The notes beneath the pieces were generated by a model, which was not told the origin of the DNA, made no database searches, and saw nothing but the letters and a program-made list of their open reading frames with translations. The translations under genes and the position numbers were made by a program. 64,000 nucleotides of DNA from Bdellovibrionota bacterium (GTDB lineage: Bacteria; Bdellovibrionota_C; UBA2361; JAAYZI01), in NCBI GenBank assembly GCA_050950765.1, contig JBMNIF010000001.1:448001-512000 (forward strand), read 5' to 3'. This document shows, piece after piece, positions 19,515 to 29,295 of this stretch (position 1 is the first letter of the stretch; every line of letters begins with the position of its first letter).

Positions 19515-22246
19515 AGTACATCCTCCATTATATCTGAAACAGCCTCTGCACTACTTGGTGCTTGCATGGTATCGTCAACAAATCTTTGCGGAACACTTTG
19601 GAATACTCGCATAGCTTTGGCACCATTAGGAGCTAATCTAATAGCCTCAGTAAATGCAGATAAAAATTCATTATCATACTTCTCTAACAGTTCGGCAAAG
19701 AGTTGGTTATCGTCTCCGTTATTCGTACTTGCCCAATAAAAAGCCGGTTCTATCGGAAGAACCAAAGCTCCTTCTCCGATATCGGACAAAAAGTAGAACT
19801 GACTTTCTAACCCGATTACAGTTCTCAAACGGAGGATAACGTTAGCTTGTTGCTCTGTAAGGTTAAAGGCTTCCGCTGTGTAGTGGAATTTACTGGGATC
19901 TTGCCGGAGGAAGATCTTATGTGCGCTGTTTTGAACGATAGCTTGTCCACCTGCGCCAACGTAAAAATCTTCGCCGGATTGTGATGCCGCAATAACGATA
20001 CCTTTCCTTTTACGATACAACCTAAAAGCAGTTTCAATCGTATTACCCGCTGTTTTTCCGATTAAATCATGAGCTTCATCAAATACCAATACTTTACGGG
20101 TATCAATTTCATTAACATCGTTCATGACGCTATCAGCCCAAAGCATAGCGATCTTTAGGAAAACACGTTGCAGATCGGGGTTGCGACTAAGGGCTTTTAA
20201 GTCAAAAACTATAAAGCGCTCCTTTAGGCTTAAAGATCCCGGCCTATCGAAGAATCGAGCATAAGTGCCTTCTCCGTAATAGTCTCCGACCAGAACTGCG
20301 ATTTTCTGTCTGCGTAAAGCATCGGGTTCATTTTCATTAACCTTTTTAGGAGCACGTAAAACGGCAACGATATCACTTAAGATAAACTCTCGACGCATCG
20401 GACCACTTCGGTAAATTCTATGAGCTTCAACCACAGAATCCATTACGGCAGCTCTATCAAGTCGATCTAACGCTGTATGCGCATCTGCCGCCATATCCAT
20501 AATAACATCTGCTGACATATCGATTAGATCTTTATAATCTTCGTTAGTAGTATCAGGTGGTGTTTCTCCCAAGCGTGCTAAAAAGTTCATAGCAGGAGCA
20601 CGTGACGGTGTTGCTTCATAAACTCGACCGCCGAACAATTTAGCAACTTTGTCAAATCCGCAAGGATGTCCTGGCATACCTTTATCAAAGACGAAGGTAA
20701 TCGGTGGTCTCTCTAAGATCCTGCCATCAGATCGGGTAGCGTAATGTCCACGCATCATAGTGATGATTAAGAAACAGAGTAGGTACGATTTTCCAGAACC
20801 GGAAACTCCACTAATTAAAAGGTTGGGAGCAAGGTTAGAGTCGTAAAGGTCGAAGCCGACAAGTTCTCTGTTCCACAAACTTGGTAGTACGATTAAAGGT
20901 GAAGGGCTCCCTTGCCAGTTACCCCAGACTGGGAAAAGTCTGACTGCTCGTGAAGAACGCATCGTTGTAGTCCAGCCTGAACCATCTGTGGTCGGATCAT
21001 AACAACCTGGAAGGCTGTTAATGATGACGGCTAGATCGGAGATTTTGTGTTCCATACCGCGCGCACCGTGCAGTTGCGGAAACGTTGCGATCGCTTCGGA
21101 GGCAGCACGAATAGCTTCCTCTCTAGTTTGGCAGATGAAAGTTTGATGTACCCCGACACGCACTATCTGCGAGGTGTTGTTGTAAAGTTCGTTACGAGCC
21201 GCTCTGATAGCACCGATCTGATGTTGAACTTTCTGATCGGATCTTCCGAAAAAGTTCATTTCACGTAGACCCAAAAGGGAATCAAGCCCATCAAGTCTCT
21301 GAATCTGCTTCTCTTGCGTATCTTTGGAATAAGTTACACTAAGAATATTCTCGTAGGCAGAAGATTGTAACGGCGTGATCATTAATGGCAAGCACTGTTT
21401 CGGAGGTTTTACCATTGAAACAGATCGAAAGTATCTACCATCTTTTTTAATGATGCCGTTTTCTGGATGCTCAGCGTGTGTCTCCGAAAGTTGGTTTGAA
21501 AGGTATTCATCTGGATCAAAAACAGGCACGGGGATGCTGGAAGTTCTACCACGTTTAAACTTTCCTGATTTCGTACTTCTACGATTTAATAACGGATAAA
21601 GAAGGTTGATTAGCCCTTGCCCATCAACGCGTGTCGGTGAAAATCCGATATCCCTTAATTTGATAGCGCTACCTTCAACTATTCCTCTGAACTTGTTAGC
21701 GTATTCAAGGTATTCAGAACGTCTTTCTGCAGCGGAGATACCGACCTTACCAGTGAAAAAAATCTTTAGAGTTTGAGTCATAGATGACAAGAAGCCAACA
21801 TCTTTCCAAGGTGGATCGTATCTAAAGCAGACTATTAAACGCATGGAGCGGGGGCGGCGTGCAAAGTTAGCACTGGTTGAGGTGCGGCGAATTGATCGGA
21901 TCCAACGTCTCGCCATCCAACCAGCGGCTCCACTTGTTGGAAAACGGTTCATGGAGTCACGCAAAACATTTCCGACATCAAAGGTGGTGACCCAAACCCA
22001 CTGTGCGCTGATGGTGTGATCTAAAGAATCCATCATCTCTTGAATGTTTTCACAGATCTGAAACGCTTCAACGTCAGAGATGGTACAGATCCATTTCGGC
22101 TGAAGTTCCCAAATAGACCAGATTGACGCATCCGCATGGACAAAAAGCTGCTGTTCTACATCCCATTTAGCAAAAGGTAGTAGAGAGTTGAAGAGCTTTT
22201 CATCCTTAAATAACCTCTCTCTTTGTAAGCGATTTATACCGCCCAT
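19511..22246 (-). CDS. traC: TraC/VirB4 family T4SS ATPase
   Basis: 911 aa; Walker A GVSGSGKS, Walker B VFDEAH, and RLYRKRKG..IAASQS..DF...G.AI..NS..K..LRQ typical of TraC. Confidence 0.88.
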   Translation of the reverse strand: MGGINRLQRERLFKDEKLFNSLLPFAKWDVEQQLFVHADASIWSIWELQPKWICTISDVEAFQICENIQEMMDSLDHTISAQWVWVTTFDVGNVLRDSMNRFPTSGAAGWMARRWIRSIRRTSTSANFARRPRSMRLIVCFRYDPPWKDVGFLSSMTQTLKIFFTGKVGISAAERRSEYLEYANKFRGIVEGSAIKLRDIGFSPTRVDGQGLINLLYPLLNRRSTKSGKFKRGRTSSIPVPVFDPDEYLSNQLSETHAEHPENGIIKKDGRYFRSVSMVKPPKQCLPLMITPLQSSAYENILSVTYSKDTQEKQIQRLDGLDSLLGLREMNFFGRSDQKVQHQIGAIRAARNELYNNTSQIVRVGVHQTFICQTREEAIRAASEAIATFPQLHGARGMEHKISDLAVIINSLPGCYDPTTDGSGWTTTMRSSRAVRLFPVWGNWQGSPSPLIVLPSLWNRELVGFDLYDSNLAPNLLISGVSGSGKSYLLCFLIITMMRGHYATRSDGRILERPPITFVFDKGMPGHPCGFDKVAKLFGGRVYEATPSRAPAMNFLARLGETPPDTTNEDYKDLIDMSADVIMDMAADAHTALDRLDRAAVMDSVVEAHRIYRSGPMRREFILSDIVAVLRAPKKVNENEPDALRRQKIAVLVGDYYGEGTYARFFDRPGSLSLKERFIVFDLKALSRNPDLQRVFLKIAMLWADSVMNDVNEIDTRKVLVFDEAHDLIGKTAGNTIETAFRLYRKRKGIVIAASQSGEDFYVGAGGQAIVQNSAHKIFLRQDPSKFHYTAEAFNLTEQQANVILRLRTVIGLESQFYFLSDIGEGALVLPIEPAFYWASTNNGDDNQLFAELLEKYDNEFLSAFTEAIRLAPNGAKAMRVFQSVPQRFVDDTMQAPSSAEAVSDIMEDVL

Positions 22247-22294
22247 GTTTTAATCTCCTCTGCAACCTGCAATAACCATAAGTTTCCTTTGCGG

Positions 22295-22798
22295 TTATTG
22301 CTTTATAACCTCATTAAGACTCGGCTCGACATCCCGTTTTGGTAAAAACCTTATCTCTTTATTTTGATGATCTAGCGCCACCTTTATATCGGCACTTTTT
22401 TCAATAGCAGTTGCTATCTCTGTAATAGTTCCGATAGTGGTCAGTGTAAGCTTTTTATCTGCTACAATACTTGAGCAGTAGGTGCGATACCGTGCCGTAG
22501 CTCCTAAAACCAATATAGCTTCACTTAAAGGAGCGTCCTTTACACTAAAATCTAAGATCGGCACAACCAGATCTGCCTTTGATGATTCAATACGACGATC
22601 TGGAGTCATTTCAGGTGGACGAACCCAACGTGTTGCACCGTAAACAGGTTGTGGCGGAAGTTGTCGTGTCGCCATTTTATAGGTGCGAGGCTTCTTTTTT
22701 GTATCCCACTGTGGACCTTCACGACTAGAGCAACCTGAAAATATCAGTGGCACAAGAAGTAAAGAGCTGAAGATGTATGAGTTCCGTATTAGTTTCAT
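22295..22798 (-). CDS. lipoprotein with a possible secretin N0/STN-like domain
   Basis: lipobox FSGC; FSVKDAPLSEAILVL...TITEIATAIEKSADIKV pattern. Confidence 0.6.
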   Translation of the reverse strand: MKLIRNSYIFSSLLLVPLIFSGCSSREGPQWDTKKKPRTYKMATRQLPPQPVYGATRWVRPPEMTPDRRIESSKADLVVPILDFSVKDAPLSEAILVLGATARYRTYCSSIVADKKLTLTTIGTITEIATAIEKSADIKVALDHQNKEIRFLPKRDVEPSLNEVIKQ

Positions 22799-22805
22799 TT
22801 ATATC

Positions 22806-23261
22806 CTATTTCTTAATATCCCCATCAAAAACGTAAGGAATATTACTTCCTCCTCCACCTCTCTTTAGTTGATTCTCAAGTTCAAAAGCATCCGTTACTG
22901 CCCATCTATCTTTTAAAACTTTTAAGTAATAATAGTGTGACGGGACTAAGTCACCGTGCTTATTTAGATGATCCGGAATCCACATTAAACGTACCACCGC
23001 TGGTTGGATGACGGGCTTGTCAGGACTGGGGGAGTTGGCACGTTGATAACTTGACATCTGCTCTAAGGCTTGTCTGGCGCTATCTTCCTTCATCCCACTA
23101 CCATTTAAGGCGTGATCATTAGCTTCGCCTTGTAGTGCAATTTTTGATGGTTCTTCATAAAACGGGTTTACTACCTTCCCCATGAATCCGCATCCACTAA
23201 GCGCTAACATTGCAAAAACTATTATACTTAAATTAATCTTGTTCATTGTTGTCAGCTCCAT
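22806..23261 (-). CDS. traV: TraV-like T4SS lipoprotein
   Basis: lipobox LSGC; VRLMWIPDHLNKHGDLVPSHYYY matches the TraV R.WI.P..D..GDL motif; follows traB. Confidence 0.78.
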   Translation of the reverse strand: MELTTMNKINLSIIVFAMLALSGCGFMGKVVNPFYEEPSKIALQGEANDHALNGSGMKEDSARQALEQMSSYQRANSPSPDKPVIQPAVVRLMWIPDHLNKHGDLVPSHYYYLKVLKDRWAVTDAFELENQLKRGGGGSNIPYVFDGDIKK

Positions 23262-23293
23262 ATAAAAACTATCAAATTGCTAAGCGACCTTAA

Positions 23294-24451
23294 TTAATCA
23301 AGGGAAACAAATACAGCCTCCTCTTCTCCTTCAGTTAAAGCATCATACAGTCCGTCTATGGTCTTGCTTGAAGAAAAAACTGCTGTTGCTGTACGACCGG
23401 AAAGCACTCTTACGTGCGGTACCATCATATCAGCGCGCTCTTCAATAAAATCAGCCCATTTTTCACCTGCTTTTTCAACACCTTTACCTGCACCGTATTC
23501 CCACAACTCACCCTCAACAATTCTGCTAACTCCGTAAGCGCTGGAATAGGTATTAACCTGCGACTCTGATAACCCTTCGCCAACACCCTCGACCGTGCCA
23601 GCCAAGAGAGAGCCAGCCATAGCTCGTCCGATAGGATCAATTAAGATCCCCTCCATTCCGGATAAACCATCTTCGCCAACAACCCAACCATCAACAGGAA
23701 CTATTTTGCGCGCACCGTTAGGTAGGCTTATATTAAGGGTGTGTAAACGGAAAAGTGCTCTTTGATCGGTGAGAGAACCTTGAGCGGCGGCTAGTAGACG
23801 TGCATTCCCAAGGGGAAGTGTTGTTCCATCAGGTCCAATCACATCATCAATCAACTCCATAACGACGGGGTAGGGGGTGCCATCAACAGGGGCATGCACA
23901 CCAGCTAGTAACTTGACTTTAACAGAATCTCCTGTGCCGATGACTGCTAAGCGTTGCTCTTTCGGGGGAGCGGGGATCTCAACTTCTGAGTTTTCAAGCT
24001 CTCCAAAAGATTCTAACCCCTCTGGAACTTGTTCAATAATCTCTTCACCTTCAATATCAACAGGTTGCTCCTGTTTTATGCTGGCGTTAGTAACGGTGTT
24101 TTCAAGATCTGCCATTTTTTCAAGCATCCGCTTCATAATCGCAGCAGTTTGCTCTTCATTTCTCGCTATCTTTTCACTCATCTCTTGGAGATTTTGAGCG
24201 TTCTTTTGCGCTTCGCTCTGTGCCTTATCTATCTTCTGACCGTAAGCGATCATAAAGTCGTTACGAGTTTCTTCATTGGCAGTAGCACCTGTGTCAACTA
24301 TGATATCAGGCTCTACGTGAATCCTCTGTTTTTTTGCATCACCAAAGATGCCCCAAACTAAGAAAATTACGATTACACACGCTATAACTTGTGTTTTTCG
24401 ATCTTCTCTTAGTTTTAAAATTAGATCATCGATACTTTGTCTAAGAGCCAT
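23294..24451 (-). CDS. traB: TraB/VirB10-like T4SS core protein
   Basis: TM, coiled coil, then KLLAGVHAP, AQGSLTDQRALFRL and VDGWVVGEDGLSGMEG motifs. Confidence 0.82.
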   Translation of the reverse strand: MALRQSIDDLILKLREDRKTQVIACVIVIFLVWGIFGDAKKQRIHVEPDIIVDTGATANEETRNDFMIAYGQKIDKAQSEAQKNAQNLQEMSEKIARNEEQTAAIMKRMLEKMADLENTVTNASIKQEQPVDIEGEEIIEQVPEGLESFGELENSEVEIPAPPKEQRLAVIGTGDSVKVKLLAGVHAPVDGTPYPVVMELIDDVIGPDGTTLPLGNARLLAAAQGSLTDQRALFRLHTLNISLPNGARKIVPVDGWVVGEDGLSGMEGILIDPIGRAMAGSLLAGTVEGVGEGLSESQVNTYSSAYGVSRIVEGELWEYGAGKGVEKAGEKWADFIEERADMMVPHVRVLSGRTATAVFSSSKTIDGLYDALTEGEEEAVFVSLD

Positions 24452-24471
24452 TTTACAACCTCCTACCTTGA

Positions 24472-25314
24472 TTACCTGTAACTTTTTGCTTTTGTGACCA
24501 CATAAACTTTAGTCTTATCTTTTCTGGCGACCTCTTGTTCTATCGTTAGTGGTCGTGGGGCTAGTTCCCACTTCTCAGCAGAGATGGCACGAGTTCCATC
24601 AAGTCTGAAAGTAGCGGGATTAAGTTTCTGACTCTGATCCAATAAATTTTCAGCATCGATAACGTAACCCCATAAATTAGGCCCAATAAAGATCTTGTCG
24701 ACAGTCGCTCTTATGGCACCATCGTGTAGAACCGATTCTCCTTTAAATCTGTTGCTGACTCTGTAACCAGGGATCCCCTTTTTCCCAAACTCAGCAACGA
24801 GGATCATCTCTCTAACAAAACCGCTCACTGTTGAAGAAGGAGCGTATTCAAATTTCCCCTCTTCGTAGTCTTTTAACTCTTCCTCTTCATTGATGGTATT
24901 ATCACGACGATCTTCAATCTTTATTACATCATCACGGGGGTTTTCTTGGTTTGCTAAACGTACCCTAATAGAATAAGAACGCCCATCGTCGAGTCTAACG
25001 ATGATGGCCTCTCCTTTTACGTTAAGACCTTCTGTGGCAAAAACTATTAAATCTGTATCTTTTCTATCGAGGTGCAGATTTGAAAGCTGCTTCTTATAGC
25101 CACCTTTGATAATGCCAGGGAATTGAATCTGCGTCGGCTCTCCAGGGGTAACGTTAATCGTTACCTCAGAATCACTATATTCTACGTCACGTGCTGAAGC
25201 TGTATTGACCAGCAAAAAGGCTCCAACTATACCGATTAAAAAGCCACTGGTTATTGTTGAATATTTCATTGTCATCTCCACACTTTTATAATTATTCAGG
25301 TGACCCTGTTTCAA
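24472..25314 (-). CDS. traK: TraK/VirB9-like T4SS secretin-type protein
   Basis: signal peptide (true start probably MTMKYS), PTQIQFP and DDGRSYSIR; lies between traE and traB. Confidence 0.7.
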   Translation of the reverse strand: MKQGHLNNYKSVEMTMKYSTITSGFLIGIVGAFLLVNTASARDVEYSDSEVTINVTPGEPTQIQFPGIIKGGYKKQLSNLHLDRKDTDLIVFATEGLNVKGEAIIVRLDDGRSYSIRVRLANQENPRDDVIKIEDRRDNTINEEEELKDYEEGKFEYAPSSTVSGFVREMILVAEFGKKGIPGYRVSNRFKGESVLHDGAIRATVDKIFIGPNLWGYVIDAENLLDQSQKLNPATFRLDGTRAISAEKWELAPRPLTIEQEVARKDKTKVYVVTKAKSYR

Positions 25315-25924
25315 TGTTTACAATCATAATTCCATAATCGTTATACTTAACGTTTCTAGGGAATGTTTTCATTGTGATGTAATATTGCATAGTATCTGGG
25401 GGTAGTGGTTCTCCACCTATCGTTTTATGACGTTCCCCAACCGTCCTCATCTTTACAAGACCACTTTTTTCTTCTCTAGTAATGGTAGTTTTAGTCGGGT
25501 CTATATAATAAACTTGAGTTCTGCTAGTCTGTTTAATGGCTTCAAGATCTTTTCCTAAAACTTCCTCTTCAAACATACTTAATACAGGGGGCTCAAGCAT
25601 TTCAGCTGCGGCTAAAAACTGTTTTTCAGCTACGTAAGGTTGATAAGTGGCTACTAAATTGATGAATTGCTCTCCAACTGTTAAAAACTCACTATCTTGT
25701 ATTTCATCAGCAGAATAATGCCCAGGAAGTGGTCTAGCCGGTACATTTAAGTTTATTACTCTATTTGACCACATCGTGATGGCGAAGATTAGAGCGATAA
25801 CTGTGGCAGGGATCTGAAGGAGTGCCATAGCACGCCAAAGTAAAGCTTGCTCCCTATAATTTTCCCACAACCTAAGGGTGTCGTTATCTTTTTTTGATTC
25901 GCGAAATCGCGAATCATTGATCAA
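25292..25924 (-). CDS. traE: TraE/VirB8-like protein (5' end possibly frameshifted)
   Basis: single TM then a periplasmic domain with FINLVATYQP; lies between traL and traK. Confidence 0.65.
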   Translation of the reverse strand: MINDSRFRESKKDNDTLRLWENYREQALLWRAMALLQIPATVIALIFAITMWSNRVINLNVPARPLPGHYSADEIQDSEFLTVGEQFINLVATYQPYVAEKQFLAAAEMLEPPVLSMFEEEVLGKDLEAIKQTSRTQVYYIDPTKTTITREEKSGLVKMRTVGERHKTIGGEPLPPDTMQYYITMKTFPRNVKYNDYGIMIVNIETGSPE

Positions 25925-26023
25925 CCTTTTTTGCCGCTTCTGTTATAGGTTTTTTGTCATTCATCTAAAATCCTTATCTAAATCCTAATTATTACAAAAC
26001 ATCTTCCTGTTCCGTTACGCTCC

Positions 26024-26449
26024 TCAAAAGTAATACTTCTCCGCTTCACTGAACCTTGATTCATTGACAAAAACTTTATCCAATTGCAGTTGTAAATATT
26101 TGCAATCTTTTTTCACATCTTCCAGCTCTTGATAAGGAGCGCCGCTCCAAACCGGTTGCAACTTAGCTGGTGGTGGTATATCAACTGGTGTAAAGCCAAG
26201 AATCGACATCACATGATTTCTAAGACCACGTTCTTGGTCGGGATATATCTGGCGCAGTCTGGCTAATGTAATGGGAAATCCAACCAGAACTATAATGATA
26301 AGAGGCATATAACGTCCCCAATTATTTTTCGGAAGGAATAATTCAACAAATAACATTGCAAATATTAATCCTGAAGCCCACTCCATCGGTTTTGCACCGA
26401 AGAAGGTCCAATCTTCATTTAGTCTTGGAATAACCTGTCCATCATCCAT
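26024..26449 (-). CDS. traL: TraL/VirB3-like membrane protein
   Basis: IPRLNEDWTFFGAKPMEW start, 2 TM helices and RG..NH motif; heads the L-E-K-B order. Confidence 0.65.
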   Translation of the reverse strand: MDDGQVIPRLNEDWTFFGAKPMEWASGLIFAMLFVELFLPKNNWGRYMPLIIIVLVGFPITLARLRQIYPDQERGLRNHVMSILGFTPVDIPPPAKLQPVWSGAPYQELEDVKKDCKYLQLQLDKVFVNESRFSEAEKYYF

Positions 26450-26499
26450 ATCTAAGCTACGCCTAAAAAATAATTACCCTAAACAGTTATCTACAAACG

Positions 26500-27171
26500 T
26501 TATCTGATTGCTCCATTCAAAAGACGGGAATCAGGAGTATAGGTGGTTCCTGTTTCACTTTCTCTCGGTTTAGGAGCTAGAATTCTATTTAAGTCTTCTG
26601 CACGGTCTAAAATGCTGTTGCGCCAAGCACTTATATCCACAAGGATTTGAGGGTTGGCGAGACGAACACCTAAATCAAACTCTCTAACTGCTGTAAGTAG
26701 TAGATTCCTCGCCTGTGCATAATGTTTTATCCCGACCTTTAAGGTTTTCCCTTTTACCTCAGTGATGGGAGCGCCGATCTTTGTTAACTCTTTCGGCTTT
26801 AGGTATTCTTCATTGATAAAGCGTGGTGCTGCCACAAAATCAACTCCTTGTTGATTGGCTTGTGGTTGTGGATCTAAGATCCTTTCCAGATCTTCTGCAC
26901 GATCTAGTAAAGTGTTGCGCCATTGCTGAATATCTAAAAGTAGTTGTGGATCTACGAATTTCACGCCGAGATCAAACTCTTGGACGGCCTTTATAATAAA
27001 ATGTCTGGTACGTGCATAATGTCCGGAAGCAGCTGCCAATGACCTGACATCCGCACCTTCTTCCGAAACTTCTATAGGCTGGTTTTCTTCTTGAGCATTA
27101 ACAGGAAGAGAAAAAAAAGGTACGAATAAAAATGTAACGGCAACAACAACGCTCGATTTTAAAAAAACCAT
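26500..27171 (-). CDS. exported protein with two copies of a ~70 aa domain
   Basis: signal peptide; HYA..R....AV.EFDLGV....PQ.L.DI..WRN..LDRAEDL.RIL.P.P occurs twice. Confidence 0.8.
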   Translation of the reverse strand: MVFLKSSVVVAVTFLFVPFFSLPVNAQEENQPIEVSEEGADVRSLAAASGHYARTRHFIIKAVQEFDLGVKFVDPQLLLDIQQWRNTLLDRAEDLERILDPQPQANQQGVDFVAAPRFINEEYLKPKELTKIGAPITEVKGKTLKVGIKHYAQARNLLLTAVREFDLGVRLANPQILVDISAWRNSILDRAEDLNRILAPKPRESETGTTYTPDSRLLNGAIR

Positions 27172-27439
27172 TTTTATACCCTTAAACGAATTTAAAATTG
27201 TTACAACTAGCGGCTATTATTTATAATAACTGAGCGAATAAATTAACTTTTTACGGAAATAAAAAGAAATACCCCCAGTTTCACCATAATATCCGAGCCA
27301 TCTCTTATCTTGATCCACTTTTAAGGATCTATAATGCTAAATAAAACTATCTGCATAGACAGCTATCGACAGATTTAAGGTGAGAACTTTATGCTTTCTA
27401 TCGATAATTTGTTAGTTTTTGAAAAAGTAGAGGTTTTTC

Positions 27440-29165
27440 CTAGCCTTCCAATTAGGACACCCACTTTTAACCTCCGTGCAGATCTAACTAGTCCTGTCTT
27501 CAGTTGCAGCCCGTTCTGCTGTCCCTAGTGGGTGGTGGTAAATTCCCCCCGTCTAGATCTAGCTGACTCGTTTTGTAGCATCAGCCCGTTCGATCGTCCT
27601 TAGAGGGTGCTGCCTTTTACCTCCGTAAAAACCTAGCCAGTTCGTTTTGCAGTATAGCCTCCAATTAGGACACCCACTTTTACTGGTGGGTGGCACCAAA
27701 TTCCAAACCTTAAGATTTTTGCTAACATCCTGATATCATTGGTAGCCCTGAAGGGTGGCACCAAATTTTTAACCTTCGTCCAGATCTAACCTCCAATTAG
27801 GACACCCACCTTTTACCTCCGTCCAGATCTAGCCTTCCAATTAGGACACCCACCCTTAGCTGAAGGGTGGCACCAGATTTTTCCGTGCAGATCTAACTAG
27901 TCCTGTCTTCAGTTGCAGCCCGTTCTGCTGTCCCTAGTGGGTGGTGGTAAATTCCCCCCGTCTAGATCTAGCTGACTCGTTTTGTAGCATCAGCCCGTTC
28001 GATCGTCCTTAGAGGGTGCTGCCTTTTACCTCCGTAAAAACCTAGCCAGTTCGTTTTGCAGTATAGCCTCCAATTAGGACACCCACTTTTACTGGTGGGT
28101 GGCACCAAATTCCAAACCTTAAGATTTTTGCTAACATCCTGATATCATTGGTAGCCCTGAAGGGTGGCACCAAATTTTTAACGCCTTAAGATTTTTGCTA
28201 ACATCCTGATATCATTGGTAGCCCTGAAGGGTGGCACCAGATTTTTAACCTACGTCCAGATCTAGCCTTCCAATTAGGACACCCACCCTTAGCTGGTGGG
28301 TGGCACCAAAACTGCCAATCCAAATGCTAGCCAAACGAGCTGCAAATCTGAAGGGTGGCACCAAAACTGCCAATTCTGGGCTTTTGCTAACATCTTGATA
28401 TTGTTAGCTATTGTAGTTTTAGAGTTTGGGTGTCCTATTTGTGAAGCGTCCTTGCCTGCTGTCCGTTACTGAAGGGTGGCACCAGTGACAGCCCCAAACA
28501 AAGAAGGGTGGCACCAGATTTTTAACCGTGCAGATCTAACTAGTCCTGTCTTCAGTTGCAGCCCGTTCTGCTGTCCCTAGTGGGTGGTGGTAAATTCCCC
28601 CCGTCTAGATCTAGCTGACTCGTTTTGTAGCATCAGCCCGTTCGATCGTCCTTAGAGGGTGCTGCCTTTTACCTCCGTAAAAACCTAGCCAGTTCGTTTT
28701 GCAGTATAGCCTCCAATTAGGACACCCACTTTTACTGGTGGGTGGCACCAAATTCCAAACCTTAAGATTTTTGCTAACATCCTGATATCATTGGTAGCCC
28801 TGAAGGGTGGCACCAAATTTTTAACCTTCGTCCAGATCTAACCTCCAATTAGGACACCCACCCTTAGCTGAAGGGTGGCACCAGATTTTTAACCTCCTGC
28901 TGTCCGTTACTGGTGGGTGGCACCAAAACTGCCAATTCTGGGTTTTTGCTAACATCTTGATATTGTTAGCTATTGTAGTTTTAGAGTTTGGGTGTCCTAT
29001 TTGTGAAGCGTCCTTGCCTGCTGTCCGTTACTGAAGGGTGGCACCAGTGACAGCCCCAAACAAAGAAGGGTGGCACCAAATTTTTAACCTCCGTAGAAAC
29101 CTAACCGATCCGCTCTGCAGTTGCAGCCCGTTCTGCCGTCCCTGAAGGGTGGCACCAGATTTTGG
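27440..29165. repeat. hierarchical non-coding repeat array
   Basis: 300-bp block at 27474, 27883 and 28526; ~170-bp block at 28353 and 28915; gggtggcacca x17; caattaggacacccac x8. Confidence 0.97.
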
Positions 29166-29295
29166 GGAATCGCAAGGGTTTTTATAGAACGATGTTTTCT
29201 TTGTGGTGTTGTAGGTAGAGTTGCAGCCAAAGAGGCATCCTGCAAGAAAAGACCTTGCAAGACCTCCTTCTATGATATTTTTATATAAAAAACAG

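Noticed and set aside
28298..28935. sigma54 promoters (TGGCAC-CAAAA-CTGC) in three array units
   Set aside because: GG-N10-GC spacing fits, but most copies lack the GC and no + strand gene lies downstream
27440..29165. CRISPR array
   Set aside because: Intervening segments are themselves repeated and irregular in length, the constant motifs are only 11-16 bp, and there are no cas genes in the window
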